DNA from: Hamiltosporidium tvaerminnensis FI-OER-3-3
Lineage: Eukaryota; Fungi; Microsporidia
NCBI GenBank assembly: GCA_022605425.2
Contig: JAKIMF020000013.1
Coordinates: 620,001 to 684,000, forward strand
Direction of reading: 5' to 3'
DNA length: 64,000 nucleotides
The notes beneath the pieces are model-generated. The model was not told where the DNA came from. It searched no databases and was given only the letters and a program-made list of their open reading frames with translations. This document shows positions 1 to 13,900 of this stretch, piece by piece; the first letter of the stretch is position 1, and each line of letters begins with the position of its first letter. A program made the translations under genes and the position numbers.

Positions 1-1168
1 TTAGCAAGAATGCAATCTCTTTAATCAGGACGTACTTCAAATTTAGCTTTCCATTATAAAAATAAAGTTTTATAATTTTATGTTTTGCAAATTTTACAGG
101 ATTGTATGGAAAAAATAAAAAATCCGGGACTTTCTAAAACATTTTTCGATTGAAAAAATACTTGGTACTTATAGATCATACACGGATTTTTTGTTTTGAA
201 AAGAATAACAGATTTTAAGCATTATAAAACAGAATTGAACATCCTTTGTTTTTAGAATTGTATCAATGAATTTAAGCAAAATATAGAAGCATACAAATAA
301 TATGAATTATGAGTAAAGGAAAATAAGACGAATTGTGAAATAAAAAAACGAGTGACTTAAACAGTACCTATAGAGGTTCGTTCCGAGGGTTTATCGACAT
401 CTTTAGGAATTAAAATACTTTGTCGAAGTCATTTATAGGTTATTATCGAAGCTAATTTGAAAAAAAATTAATAGATCCACACATGAGCAGTAAAGTAATA
501 TTCCAATCAGAGAAACCTAACAAATTATTTGAGCAATACAACACAGTTAACACCAAATGAGTCGTTATACAGCAAGCTAAGTTTTCTGTGAAAAAGTAAA
601 TGTTTTAATCTCAAAACACCATTCATTTTATACTGCTCCCTTTATTTTATATAATTACTAAAACTAAAATTTTATCTTTAAAAACGTATGGACTCGGTTA
701 AAAAAATTATAAACATTTATAATATAAAATAAAATCGAATAAATTTTTAGTTTCCACGAATCTGTGCCTTTTAGTTGTATTTTTATAATATTTCTGTTGT
801 TTCAAAATAAATTGAATAACTGTTTTTTATGGTATTCTTGGATGAAAGGATTTGCGAAAAGTTCCAGTATTATACATAAAATAAAATATCTTAAGCCTGA
901 TGTCATAAATTTCTATTGCATTACATTTTTTTGTTCCATTATGTATAGCAGCTTATAATTTTATAATGCAAAAATATAATATTATAGGATTTTATAACAT
1001 CTTTGTAATAACTTATTAGAATTATTTCTAAATAAACGTGCTAAAGAACCGAAAAGCGCACTAGACAGAAAACACAATCGTTTGTATTATATAATTAACC
1101 AATTTTCTAGAAAAACCAGATGAAATAATCATAAGGATGATTTTCATATTTCTATAAAAGTCATTAGA

Positions 1169-1330
1169 ATGATAATCGGAACAGACTATGAGAATGGTTA
1201 CATTGCCACCATAAGGAAAATTGCTTTAATAAACAAAAACTACTATGGAATGCACCCAGCGGCTGTAAAAGATTATGTAAATATATGTGGTAGGTGCGGA
1301 AATTTTCTCTTAAATAAATTTAAAGTACCA
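1169..1330 (+). pseudogene. Degenerate integrase zinc-binding (HHCC-region) fragment
   Basis: The translation KNYYGMHPAAVKDYVNICGRC resembles the YYW...V..YV..C..C integrase Zn-binding segment. It parallels KYYWIPKAYIREYIRDCEE in the 5846-7973 element. No catalytic core ORF follows. Confidence 0.45.
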
Positions 1331-4300
1331 ATTCGCATCCTATACATTTTTCTTATAATTATGAAAACGTTAGATTAAAGTGATTTTAACTCTATCACTA
1401 GAACTCTACGAAATTCGTTTGACTGATCTTGTCACGATGAAACATATATTTAATCGATTTTAATGTATTGCATAACTTACTATGTTAATAGTAAAAAACA
1501 TGCGAAAACAAACAGATTTAAATAAAGAGTATAAAAGAATAGGATAATCAAATTTAAATTTTTATCAGTTAAACATCTTATTTCTATAATTTCTTGATTT
1601 TTTCTTATTTTTTTACGTTAAGATTTTAATTTTATAATTTTTTTTGTTCGTTAACATCTTATTTCTATAATTTTTTTACTTATGATATAAAATTTCTATA
1701 CTTCGCTAATCCGTTACCAGCCAAATTTCCTAAAATACTCTTTACTGCCAAACAAACGCATTAATACATTCATTTCAAATTAACCTCATCTTAATTAGCA
1801 CGCTGAAAATTTCTGCGTTTCTTTACTATCAGTTAATGGTAAAGCAAAATAAAGGAGACGGAATGACGGAGAGGTGCATTTTCAAATACGACAGTAAATG
1901 ACAAAATTATATGCAAAAATGTATTTTGCTCTAAAAAATAGACACTTGAAATATGTTTAACAATTTTAGGATCTCTCTCAAAAACTTTCATGTGTAGTAA
2001 AACAAAATTAACATTTCTGAAAGATGATCTAATTACAACTGTATTGTAACAGCTGTTGTCTGTCTTCTTATTTTAATAAATATTATAACATTACCTTTCG
2101 GGTAAACGACATGTGTTAATGAAAAGTTTCAACACAGCGAATATCTTCAATTTACAAAGCAATAAACAATGGCTTAAGTACATATGTAGATCTATTAAGT
2201 TATAGAAAATTTTATTTTAGCCAAAAAAAACCATTGCTAAAAGGCTTGGAATGTTAACTTAGAGCTAACTCAAAGAACGATTTTAAATTTTAAATTTAAA
2301 ATTCTGAATGTGATTAAAAGGTTATAAACGATCTCATCTTAAAAATTTCAACTTTTTTTGATGTTAATATTATCTCAGAAGTTTATCAAACAGCATAGTT
2401 GTAATAAATTTTTCAATTAATAATTACAAACGAACGATGTTTTAGAAAACAAGAAAAATATTATAAAAGCTAAGCGTTTTATTTTAATGTTCTTTTAAAG
2501 AATTACTAAAAAAATGGCTTTATAAAGAAAAGCTAATATTTCGTATTAATTTCTGTGAATATTCAAATTATTTCAATAATTAGTAAATTAATAGATTTTA
2601 GTGCCAGTCTGAGATTTTAATTTATGAATCTACAATTTTTTTATTTTTATATTTCTACAGTAATTAAATGTGAGGTTTAAAACAGAAATTTTTATTTTTT
2701 ATTTTCATGGATTGTTCAATATAATAAACGATTTTAAAAAGTCATTATTGTTCTATTGCAGAAATATTTTTATTAGAAGAGTTTATTGATTCCTTGGGTT
2801 CTTTACATCATATTCGAAATATTCTTTTTAATATAAATTTTATTTAATAGTTATAACATGAATATAGACAACATTAGCGTTATTTTATTGTTATTTGTAA
2901 CGAAATTAAGAATAATAGATTTTTCCTATCTTACAACATTCAAGGAACTTAAATGATACCCGTGCTAATACTGGAGCATAATATATTTAGTTATGTTTGA
3001 TTAAAAGAACTTTGAAGCTTTGGGATATGTCTTTTATATTTTTCTTTCCTTTCTTTTAATACTATTATATTTCAAGTTTAGATAAAAATTAATCCTTGGA
3101 TCGAGATGATATGAAATATTCTATTTAGAATCAATAAAGAATCATTATTTTATTTTTATAATGAAGATTCAATATCAAGTTTTGAAATCCCCTTTATTCT
3201 GTAACTAGTAATATCTTTAAAATAATTATAACAAAATTTCGGTTATTTTCCTATATCTTCTCGAAGTTAGCTTATAAATATTCTTATCTTCTTTAAATTT
3301 CAAATGTAAATCAAAAAGAATTTGATTAAAATATATAGATGAAAATGTTAAAACAATCAAAAAAAAATAACGAAATTTATTGAATATATGTAAAGGTTTG
3401 GGGTATATATTTTTTTAAATAAAATTTTCGTGAATTCATTGTATGGAACGCAGATTTAAAATTATAGACATATTTTAAAAATTAATATTACATGATCTGA
3501 GTAATGTATTTAATTAAATAGGTGCTCAAAAGTTTTTTTTAACAAACAAAATAAAAAAGTTAGAAGTAATACATTAGTTCTAGATTGCTGTTTAAAAATC
3601 TATTTTTGTTTATATAATGAACATAGACACGTTAACGTTTTATGGGTATATAATCCAAGAAAAGTGATAACGGAAATCATCTTATAACATTTTTTTAAAA
3701 AATTCGAATTACTTTTTTTAAAAATTATATATAAATCAAAAAAGCATAATTCCAAGCTAGAAATTGATTATTCCATGAAATTGGCTGTAATCCAAATGAA
3801 AATGAATAGCCATGACTCGCACTAAACCAAGATATCATGTACGAACTGTATAAAATGTTGACTGGATTTAAATGTTTTTCTTATATGTAATTTATTCGAA
3901 TTCAGAAAAAGAAAGGGTATATTTGGAAGTGCTTTAATCTTATTCTGTGAGAAAAATGCCGATAGTATATGTATGATGATTCGTTTTATAATGTGTAATA
4001 AGCATCGGCGCATATATTTTTAATTTTAATTTCTTGAGTTTTATTTGTAACTATAAAACGAATCTTTATAAATATCATATAGGTGTATCAATTAGAAAAA
4101 GGGTGGAGCAAGGATAAAGATTGCTTCTTTGACGAAACAAATTTCTAGAAAAATATTACAAAATTAAAGCGCTATTAATTTTTTTTCTTTTAAATTAACG
4201 AATTCATTTTTTAAAAAAGGTTTAAAACTAGTCTTTTCACTCCATCATTTCAATCAAAAAGCTATTTATACCCAATCTAATTAACAACGCGTCGAAAAAT

Positions 4301-5845
4301 ATAAATTAACCATAAATTAAAATAGTTACATGTATGGTTCGCCGGGAAGCCAATGAGCCATAAAAACATGTTATTTTTTTGTTTCCACATAAATTAGTTA
4401 AAAAATCTAGCTTTTTTCGTGTAGAAGAATGCTTCAAATAAATAATAAAATATATTTAAGCAATAAAACAAACTACGAAAAATCTTAAAAACTAGTCTAT
4501 CGTGAATATATCTGGTAAAACAACTTTCTAAAACTTAAAATATTTTATGCGAAGTTCCAATGACCCGTAACTACCTTAAAGTTGCTAGTTTTGTCCATGT
4601 TTGCAATACTACAAATATGAATAAAAAATATGATATCGATCATCAATTAAAAAATATCGGAGATTTGCACCTATTTCTCTGTATCTACTGAGAAAAATCA
4701 TGTGGTTTTAAAATTGTTCACGGTGTTTTAGGCAAGTTTGAAAGCACAAGATGCATGTTTGGAAAGATTGCCAATACCACACCCAATTTAGTTTCATTCA
4801 TAATAAAAAAACATTTGCATATGAAAAACCAATGATAATGTATAAAATGTGGTCTGGTATCATAAATACGGTTAGTAGTTGTATTTTTATTCTGCAAAGA
4901 AAAATAAATGGCCTTGAAACCGAAGCTTTTTAGAGCATTATCTATAAAAATAATCAAATACTTACCGACTGCATTAGAATATTGTAATTGTGTAAATTTT
5001 CTTTTAAAAAAGAATTTTATAGCTTCAATATTATTTGAAATCCATATTAATAATTATTTAATAGGAAAATCTGAAAATCTCCTTTAAAACTGTAAGAGTC
5101 AAAGAAAGTAATATAAATAAATAAAGCTGCTTCTCTTTTTATCTAGTAAAAAAAACTCTATTTCAATAAATTTCGTGTATTATGAAAATGAAGAGCGTAT
5201 TCTCCTTATGATATGCAAATATATCTTCTATTATGTGCAAGAAAATTTAAAAAAGAACATTAATATATTTTTAAACACTTCAAAAAAAATAACGGGAAGA
5301 AATTCCAACATACAAATTTTTGAACAATTATTTTTTTACAAAGAATGAGCTTTTATCAGAATTTCTTTGAATTTTAAAAAGCCATCAAATCTTTCTTTCG
5401 AATTCAAAGATTTACCAACTGATTTTTTAGTTTTTAAAATCTCGTTATTTACTTAAAAGACATTTCTGTGGTTATATGCTACTCTATTTCTGGAAATACG
5501 CAGAGTTGGTATGGTTTTTTAGAGAAATTTGTATTCCATAAATATAGTTATTGTTCATAGCTAATCTTTCTCATGAAACATCTAAAAACCAAAACATAAT
5601 CGAGAATGCAGATAGAAATATAATAGAAGCATCAAAATATCTAGTAAAAACCAGACACCTATTTGCGATATAAAAATAACACAGAGTAGTTAAAAAAAAA
5701 TATCTGGGAATCGCATGAGTAATTTATTTAGTTATTTCTTTTGATACTTGAAATTAATAGAATATTTCTTTTTTCATCTATATTCTGTCTTAATGATTTA
5801 GACAACTGGCTTGTACTTCTAGTTTAGAACTTGGTTGAAGATTTA

Positions 5846-7973
5846 TGTCACAGGCCAATAAACCCCCCCATGTCCAATAGAACCCCGTTATTTCCTATAT
5901 ACCCCCCTTTATTTTTTAATGATTTATAGAACCCCGTTATTTTCATATATTTTATCTAAGGGCCATATATTTAAAAAAAGGAAGTGATTTTTTCCCTAAA
6001 TTTAATAGGGGTCTCTGTAAAAAATGCTTATATAGTTTTCAACTTGAATTTCCCGCGAAAAAAAATATTTTAAGTTTCGCCAGAATAAAAATAAAAACTT
6101 TAATGATAATACTTAAATAATAAAAAATGTCTATAATAATTGCAAAGTAAATTAAATTAAACTCATTTTATTACGCCACTGAAAACTGTTCTTGTGTCTT
6201 CATCATTGTTTTTTACTTCAATCATGTTGTTCATCAAAATAGCGGTAACTGTAAAAACCGAATTATCCTAAAAAGAGTCAAAAGGCGCTCTTTTGGTTTA
6301 TGTATTCATATCGAAGTCTTTTTTTATCAAAACTTGATCTCCAATAGACAAATCTCTCTTGTGTCTATTTGAATTGTTGTTTCTAGAATTCTTTCTCTAT
6401 AATTCTTAAAATGCTTAGCAATATCCGAACGAATTTTACTATTGATTTCAAGATAATCAGCTATTATAGTGGTTGTGGTGGTTACTGTTTCAGTAAATTC
6501 TTCATGTATTCCGAGGCGATTTCCAGGATCTATTGTGTATCCGCTGCATTTTCTTCGACTAAAATCATATCAGGATCTATATCAATAGCAGGCACTATCA
6601 TACTGGCTTCGTTTTCAACTATTATGCTTCTAGGAAGTGGATTGTTAAAACCTGGTTGTCCGAAGAAAAGCATAAATGGATATTTGTTTGTTGCACCATG
6701 TATTGTTCTATTATATACACAAACAACAATATTAAGATGTTTCATCCACCTTCTTCCGCCTGTTTCATGCAATTTCTTCGCTAGCCATCTTTTTATAGTT
6801 TGATTTACACGTTCCACTTGACCTTGCGCCTTTGGATTGCGTGGTCTTCCATGTATAATTTTGATGTTAAGTTCTGTTAAAAGGCTTCAAGTAGTGCATT
6901 TTTAAACTCTCGACCGTTATCGGATTGTATTACCACCAGGACACCGAAATTGTTAAATAAAAATTATAATGAATCTCTTACTAATTCCGAAGTTTTATTA
7001 ATCAGCTTAAAGCTCCAGAGATTTTTTGTGTATGTGTCGATTACATTGAGAATCCTGCTATATTGATCATTTTGATCACTGTATCTCCTTGGATCTACAC
7101 AATTCATCATAAATAGATCCTGTTTTTTTGTAATATGATTTATATATATTGGCTGAATTGTTTTTAGAGAATTGAATTGACTAATTCTTCACAGTCTCTT
7201 ATATACTCTCTTATGTATGCCTTGGGAATCCAATAGTATTTTTCTACAAACAAAGCCATCATTTTATTTAATCCAATCTGTGCAACAGAATGCTCTATTC
7301 GAATAATTTGTTTAATCAAGACAGTTTCAAATCTAAAAACGGCTCTTATTACATGATCGCTCCTTTTAAAACAAATATCATCTCCGAGCAAAGTAAAATG
7401 TTATGTCTCAACAATTCTTTTCTTCTTTAAAATAATCGCTGGATACTGATTGATTTTAAATATGCTGTTAGAATTTCTTTTTCTTTCGTATTTTTACAAC
7501 TTACAATCTTTGGCATTTTGGTTACATTATGTTTTTATATATAAACCGAATACTTAGAAAAAAAACAAATAAGCTGAAAGCATTAAATAAATTTATATAC
7601 AGTGTTATGTTGTTGAGTGTCTGTATCGAGTTTTACAACGAGCTTTTGCTTTACAAATACTAACAAATGCAAAAAACCGAAAAAAGCAAAAAAAGAACTG
7701 AAAAGAAAAATATAAATTTTATTGGATATTTTATTCATAATTAACACATCCTATTTGTTTATACAAAAGAAATGTTAAAAAAGGATGGATAAGAAATATT
7801 GAAAGGAAACTAAAATAAGAAGGTTTATCGAATAAAGGAAATAAATGGGTTATAAGGATATATAAATCAAAAGGCTACATCAAAAAATAAAGGGTGTTAT
7901 CAAGATTAAAGATGTATAGGACATAACGGGGTTCTATTGGACATGGGGGGGGGGGGTTTATCGGCCCGTGACA
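5846..7973 (-). mobile_element. Ginger/TDD-like DNA transposon (retroviral-type integrase), disrupted
   Basis: Termini are TGTCAC...GTGACA. Terminal inverted repeats of ~45-50 bp (tgtcacaggccaataaacccccccatgtccaatagaaccccgttat / ataacggggttctattggacatggggggggggggtttatcggcccgtgaca). 4-bp TSD TTTA at 5842-5845 and 7974-7977. Internal integrase remnants. Confidence 0.85.
6150..7516 (-). pseudogene. Frameshifted rve/DDE integrase-type transposase
   Basis: Minus-strand motifs EHSVAQIG...KYYWIPKAYIREYIRDC (Zn finger), IQSDNGREFKN (catalytic D) and HGRPRNPKAQGQVERVNQTIKRWL (catalytic E), plus YNRTIHGATNKYPF. They are split across frames by frameshifts and stops. Boundaries approximate. Confidence 0.8.
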
Positions 7974-10900
7974 TTTATTAATAATAACTGGGATTAAATC
8001 TAGAAAAGAAATTTAATATGAAAGATGCTACGTGTAAAAAGATTCGAGATAAAAAAGAGGGAAAAATAAAAGAAATAGACAAAAATGGCATAAATTGAAT
8101 TTGTTAAAGATATTTAAACTAGATTAAATCCTAAAACATAATTTGAATAAATATTCTTAGTATAACCAGATATGTGATAGAACACGCTATCGTGATAAAA
8201 AAATCTTATTTAGTCTTTTAAAAAAAATTTGTCATTTATTTTTACATTATAATGAATGTGAGAAAAGTAAAATACAAATAATGAAGTTTAGCACACATTC
8301 GTAAAAAATATTTTCTAAGCTGAAAAATGTTCGAACAAATGGTCTAATTAAACACAAATATATTTTTGGCTAACAATCTATGCAATTACTTCAATATAAT
8401 AAAACAAAAACCTAACTAGTAAGTTTATAAATAATCTATTTAAGAAAATCCAAATTGATCGTAATCGTTGACTTTTGAAATTTAATCTTCTATGAACTCT
8501 GCTTTTAATATGTTGTAATAGATTGTTCAATAAATCCTGTATATTTTCAACGATTCTAATATTTTGAACATGGAGATAAATTAATATTTTAATCATTATT
8601 TTTTCAGTTAAATCTGCGGACAACTTTCTAAACAAAATTTTTTTGTGCATTGTAGTATTCTACTACATAATTATAGATTATCGGAATTCTCTTATGAAAT
8701 ATGAAATTATATTTTATTAAAAATATATTTGTTGAGAAAGGAAAACAAAGAATTTAAATGCTAGATTAAGGAAACCTTCCATTAATAAAAACAACTCTTT
8801 GTCTACACGGGTTAAAAAACCCTTTACTTCGAATAGTTGAGCTGCTTCTATCAAAGATACCCTTTATCTGGGTGCCTCGAGAGAGGTTACGACAGGCATA
8901 TTTACTAAATTTTAATACGCATTGATTGTAGCATAAAATTTTATAAAATTGCTCGAGGCTGAAAAGCAAAACTATTTGACAAAAATAAAAAAATAACAGT
9001 AAAATATATGTACCCAAATGTATGTCTTATAACCATTTTATGACCTGTTAATCGTGTCGAAATTTATAATATTTGCCAGTTTAAAACAATTGAGAATTTT
9101 TAAAGAAGGGTGTGTATAGTATTTTTAACAAATATATATCTAGACTTATAAAATAAGACAACAATTTCTTCTTAAATTTCTCCATCAAAACATAAAATTG
9201 GAAACATTTTAAAATTATGTTTTTTTAAAAATAAATTTTAAAACATATTTAAGAATAATGTTAAAGTAATCTTGTAGATGAATAGGGCCTCTTCTTTTCT
9301 ATTTGTGTTGTATATACCTTTTTGACGAGCATGTGAAAAAAATATACAATGTTGAGAAAACATATAAAGAGAAATTCAAGTAATATATTATTTTTTGCTC
9401 ATCTGTAAAGAAAACTCTTTGATACAAAAAAACAGGCTATTATATCTATAGAACTTGCCGTTTTATGTAAGAATAAGCTTAAAACTTAAAAGACGAAATC
9501 GACTAATATAATCTGTGTTGTGAAAATATTGTTGCTTTTTTAGTGTAGTATGCACCGAAAATACTCTGAAATGATCGAAGATGCCAACATAATTAATTAT
9601 TTGGTTCATTTATGAATCCGAATACAAAGTTATGCAAATAGTTTGAACAAATTCTATGCACATTTATCAAAGAAGCTATTTTCTTTAATTGATGAAACTT
9701 TAATGTGTTTAATTAAATATCCAATTAAATTACCTTAAATATGACTGGATGTTCATTAAGTTTAGTTCATGCGTTTTGTATATACGATAAATAAAATGCG
9801 AATCAGATTGAGAGGAAAGTGCTCTACATTTCCATTGTTTGAACCAACAAAATAAATTCTTAGTGCTAATTTTTGGAGCCAAAATACAATTCTGCTATGC
9901 CAGATCCTTCATAAGGAAATATATCAATCTTCCAAAATAACGCAGTATAAAAAATATAATCCGCCAGGAATCCACGCAAACTAAACGAAAAGCGTTATTC
10001 GAGTTTATAAAAACCATAGGAGGAGATAAAAATGAAAATCAAATAAGTCCGTGCAACGCGATTCATATAATAAACAATAAAATAGAAACTTCATTTAAAG
10101 TTTAATTGCTGGGAAAAAAAGATCGTTAAGTTGGTTCATTCAATCATATAATGATAAGAAATAAATAAGACATTTATTTGCTAAACAGTCTTCTAGTATT
10201 GGTGGGGAAAATGTAGTTATGGTAGAAAAAAAAGGTATTATCATTAAAAAACTATATTTGCTAAGATTTAACAAACAAAACGTCTATTTTTGTAATTAAT
10301 TTGTTCGCTCTAAACATCTTGTCTTTCTAAACAAATATAAATGAATTTTTAAAATAATGCGTTACCTCTGCTTCTAAAAATTATTGAAATTACTAAAACA
10401 AAAACCTAAGTTTTGGAAAACTAAGAGAGGTGTGAATTCGAAATAAACCAAAGGATGTTTTTTTACATGCGAGAAACTGCGCATACTTAGACTCCCCGAA
10501 GCTGCAATTTAATTTCTTCGGAGATGATCGCTTCAGTTTTTAACTTCAAAAATTCAAAAAGCCAAGACCTTTTCTAAAGAGTCACATTTTTACTTGATGT
10601 AGTACCGAAATAATTTTTATGTATTTATTGGCAAGTTATTGTTACAAGAACCATAAAGTATATAGAATGAAGATTATAACACATAAAGACTAGAAGAATT
10701 TGTATAATCGATGATCACAAAAAAAAATATAAATTTAACTATAGTTGAGTAATGTATATGACTGTGTAAAATCAAACTTAAACGATACTTAAAAACTAGC
10801 ATATTTGAAACCCCTGAATTAGCCAACAATATACGTGAAACAAAAATGTATTAATCAAAAAAAATCGTAAAATAAGAGGGTGCTCGGATAACGATAAAGC

Positions 10901-13900
10901 AATTCCCCCTTCTTACGAGCTGTATAATAGAATTGCTGAATATTTACAGCGAAATTTTTAAAGTTTAAGATATTTATCTAGATAAAGATAATGGTTAAGA
11001 TTATGGGTGTTTAGTATCAAAAAAATGCTCAAATGGAGCCCGATTTTTTGTAAACTAAGTTTTTGGTTCATATTTTTTTTTCTATTTTCGACTTTTTGAT
11101 ATTCAATATTTTAATAAAGCAGCTAGAAAATGTTTAAACAAAATCATACAGGTCATTACATTAACATATTTGTTTAAATACGACTGCTTGTTTATTTTAT
11201 TAAGTAACATGGTGTATAAAATTTTGATTTTTTATTTCCTAATTTTTATGCATCTATTTCCGCTAGTTTATATTACAAATAAATTTTGAATAAAATCATA
11301 CTCATTAATTTTTATTTTGTGAGTACTTGCATTTTTTTCAGAAATGATGTCTTGCTTATCTTCCTTCTAGCAGAAGAGTACAAATTGTTTCGAAAGAAAC
11401 CAATATTCTAGATTCTTTTCTAAGAAATTTTTACCTAAATTATTTTCCTATAGGAAATTTCTTAGTTATTGAAAAATGCTTCTTGTATTTTACCTCCTAT
11501 TATGTTCATAATATATATAATATATCTATAATTCTATAAAAACAAACATTAGATAAATTATAACCAGTAGAATGTTGCTAGTGAATTCTAGAGTCTATGA
11601 TAAAATAATCATGACTTTATTTTTTTATGAAAATCGCTATAAAGTAAAACCATTTAGGTTTAAAAATTGTCTATTTAAAACCATCTCCACAAATATAGCA
11701 TGCAAAAATAGCTTTGATCTCATAAAAACCATTTAAAGAATTTAACAACATATCTTCCTTATATGCCATATAGAAAACAAAGTTGCAAAATATTAAAGGA
11801 ATTTTTAATGGTTTTAGAAGCATTATTTGAATTTAAAGAGAAGGTTAAATTTAAAACCAATCCGGTTTAACTTTTTGAATGTTATAAGAGCAGCTTATAT
11901 TGTTATATGCTTCAAATTACAGACTTTTGAATTTATGTAATTGCCACCTCAATTATATACATGGTATATGCACGAAATAATGCTGAATAAATGTTACAGC
12001 TCGCTTTGTTTTGATAATGATTTTTTAAATACCTCTCTTTGTCTCTTTAAATTAGAAGGACGAGAAAATTCTGGTTCGAAGAAAATGTTTACATATATAG
12101 AAAAAAAGAAATAAAAGAGGTCTAACATGTTCTAACACAGTTATATCTTAATTCGAACTTTTAATGCATAATTTAAATAATCAAATGAGGTCGTGTAATA
12201 TTTTTGGCATTGATTTTGATAAAATTATTTATCATACACCACTTTAAACTGCACACAATTTGCCAAAAAATGCGCATATGATATATATTTTTTATTAAGG
12301 GACAATCTAGTCGATTTCATCATTGTAAACTTTGAGATAAGTTGAATGAAGTATTAACAAACAATACAAGTAGTGTAAAAAATAATCTCAATCCTTAAAA
12401 AAGCATTGTATAATACTACTGTATAAATAAATGATTGTTTCTACGGTCAAATGCGAAACTGCTCACAATATAAATTAAATATTTTGATCTTGTTCTATGA
12501 AAGAATTATATCGAACATGAAGGGATTAAATTTTGAGATAATAGCATAATAGAGTAGGTATCACACGTGTTCTTTTTTAATTTAACAATGTTAGATTTAA
12601 TTACTTGTGCAACTAACACTCATGAGAATATATCTGGTTAAAAGCCTTTTTTACAAATCAGATCTGCTCGTTCCGATGACAAGTGTTATATAAAGAAACG
12701 CGGTTGCCTTGTTATTTTTAAATGCACATAGAACCTAACATGTGAAAAACCAAAAATTACATTATAATCTCACAACATTATTAATTTTTTTAGAAAGATT
12801 TTGGAATAAGATCAAATAACTTTTATATAATCAACTGCCAAATATACCAAATTAAAAATTTTTTCGGATATTTTATTAAAATGTAGTATAATATATACAC
12901 GATTGTATATTTCGTATATAAGTAAACAGTAAGATTATTATCTACAAGAATTTTTCTACCTGACTATTCGGAATCTTCGATTTCTACTTAAAGCTATTTA
13001 TTTCTATAAGATTCTTTGTTTTTATATATTTTGATGATATCTATGTAATTTATAGATAAAATAACACTATCCTTTTATTACTCTTAGATTATAATTTTTA
13101 AAAAAAATTTCGAATATATAGTGAATATAAAGAATGTAACATAAATAAAGTTTGAATGCAGTTATTTTAAACTAAAAATATTCCATATTATGGCTTAATC
13201 ATAGGCTAGACAGTTGTTTTGCTTTGATTAAACTGTTCATTTTTTATATATTTGAGCAGGGTAAAGGAATATTCTACCCTGAAATACGGCTTTAAAGCTT
13301 ATAAATTGTGATATTTATGTCAACATATACGTTATAATAACATAAATTACACCATGATTAATTGTACAATATTTGATTATTTATTAACGGCCTTAGAAGT
13401 CTTAATATACGAAAATCAATTTACAATATTTCTTCTTGTTTATAAAATTATTAATTTTAAAGTTGTATATTTTGAATTGTTTTTTGTTCTTCATATCTCG
13501 GAATATTCGTCCTTTTCGATCTGATATCCGAATAATACAAGGCGCATAGAAGTCATCTTTATTGGTTTCTGTTAAAATTAATTCATGTTATGATTTGGAA
13601 TGTGTTTTAAATATTGGTAAAATGGCCTTCCAAAGTGAATTTAGATTACAAAAACTTTTTAAAGTAAAGAGATTGTATATCTTATTCTTACTTTGTAAAG
13701 AAGAAAACTCGATTCTAATTTATAAAATCTCAGTCAGTTATTTACTTCTTTACCGCTAGTTGAAGTTAAAAATTATTATATATCAACGAAATAAATTTTT
13801 CGTTTTAGACCATGAAATATTTTGATAAATTTTAATAAATTGTTAATGTTCTTCTAATTCTTTATTGTTTTAAATTTTTTATACCTTTATTTTATTCTGA

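Noticed and set aside
6411-6803. 130-aa plus-strand ORF (likewise 32424-32744, 35481-35726, 48355-48663, 50067-50276)
   Set aside because: Antisense or off-frame shadows of real coding sequence.
8378-9017. Two short minus-strand ORFs, one with a signal-peptide-like start
   Set aside because: They may be remnants of a decayed secreted-protein gene, but no recognisable motif supports a call.
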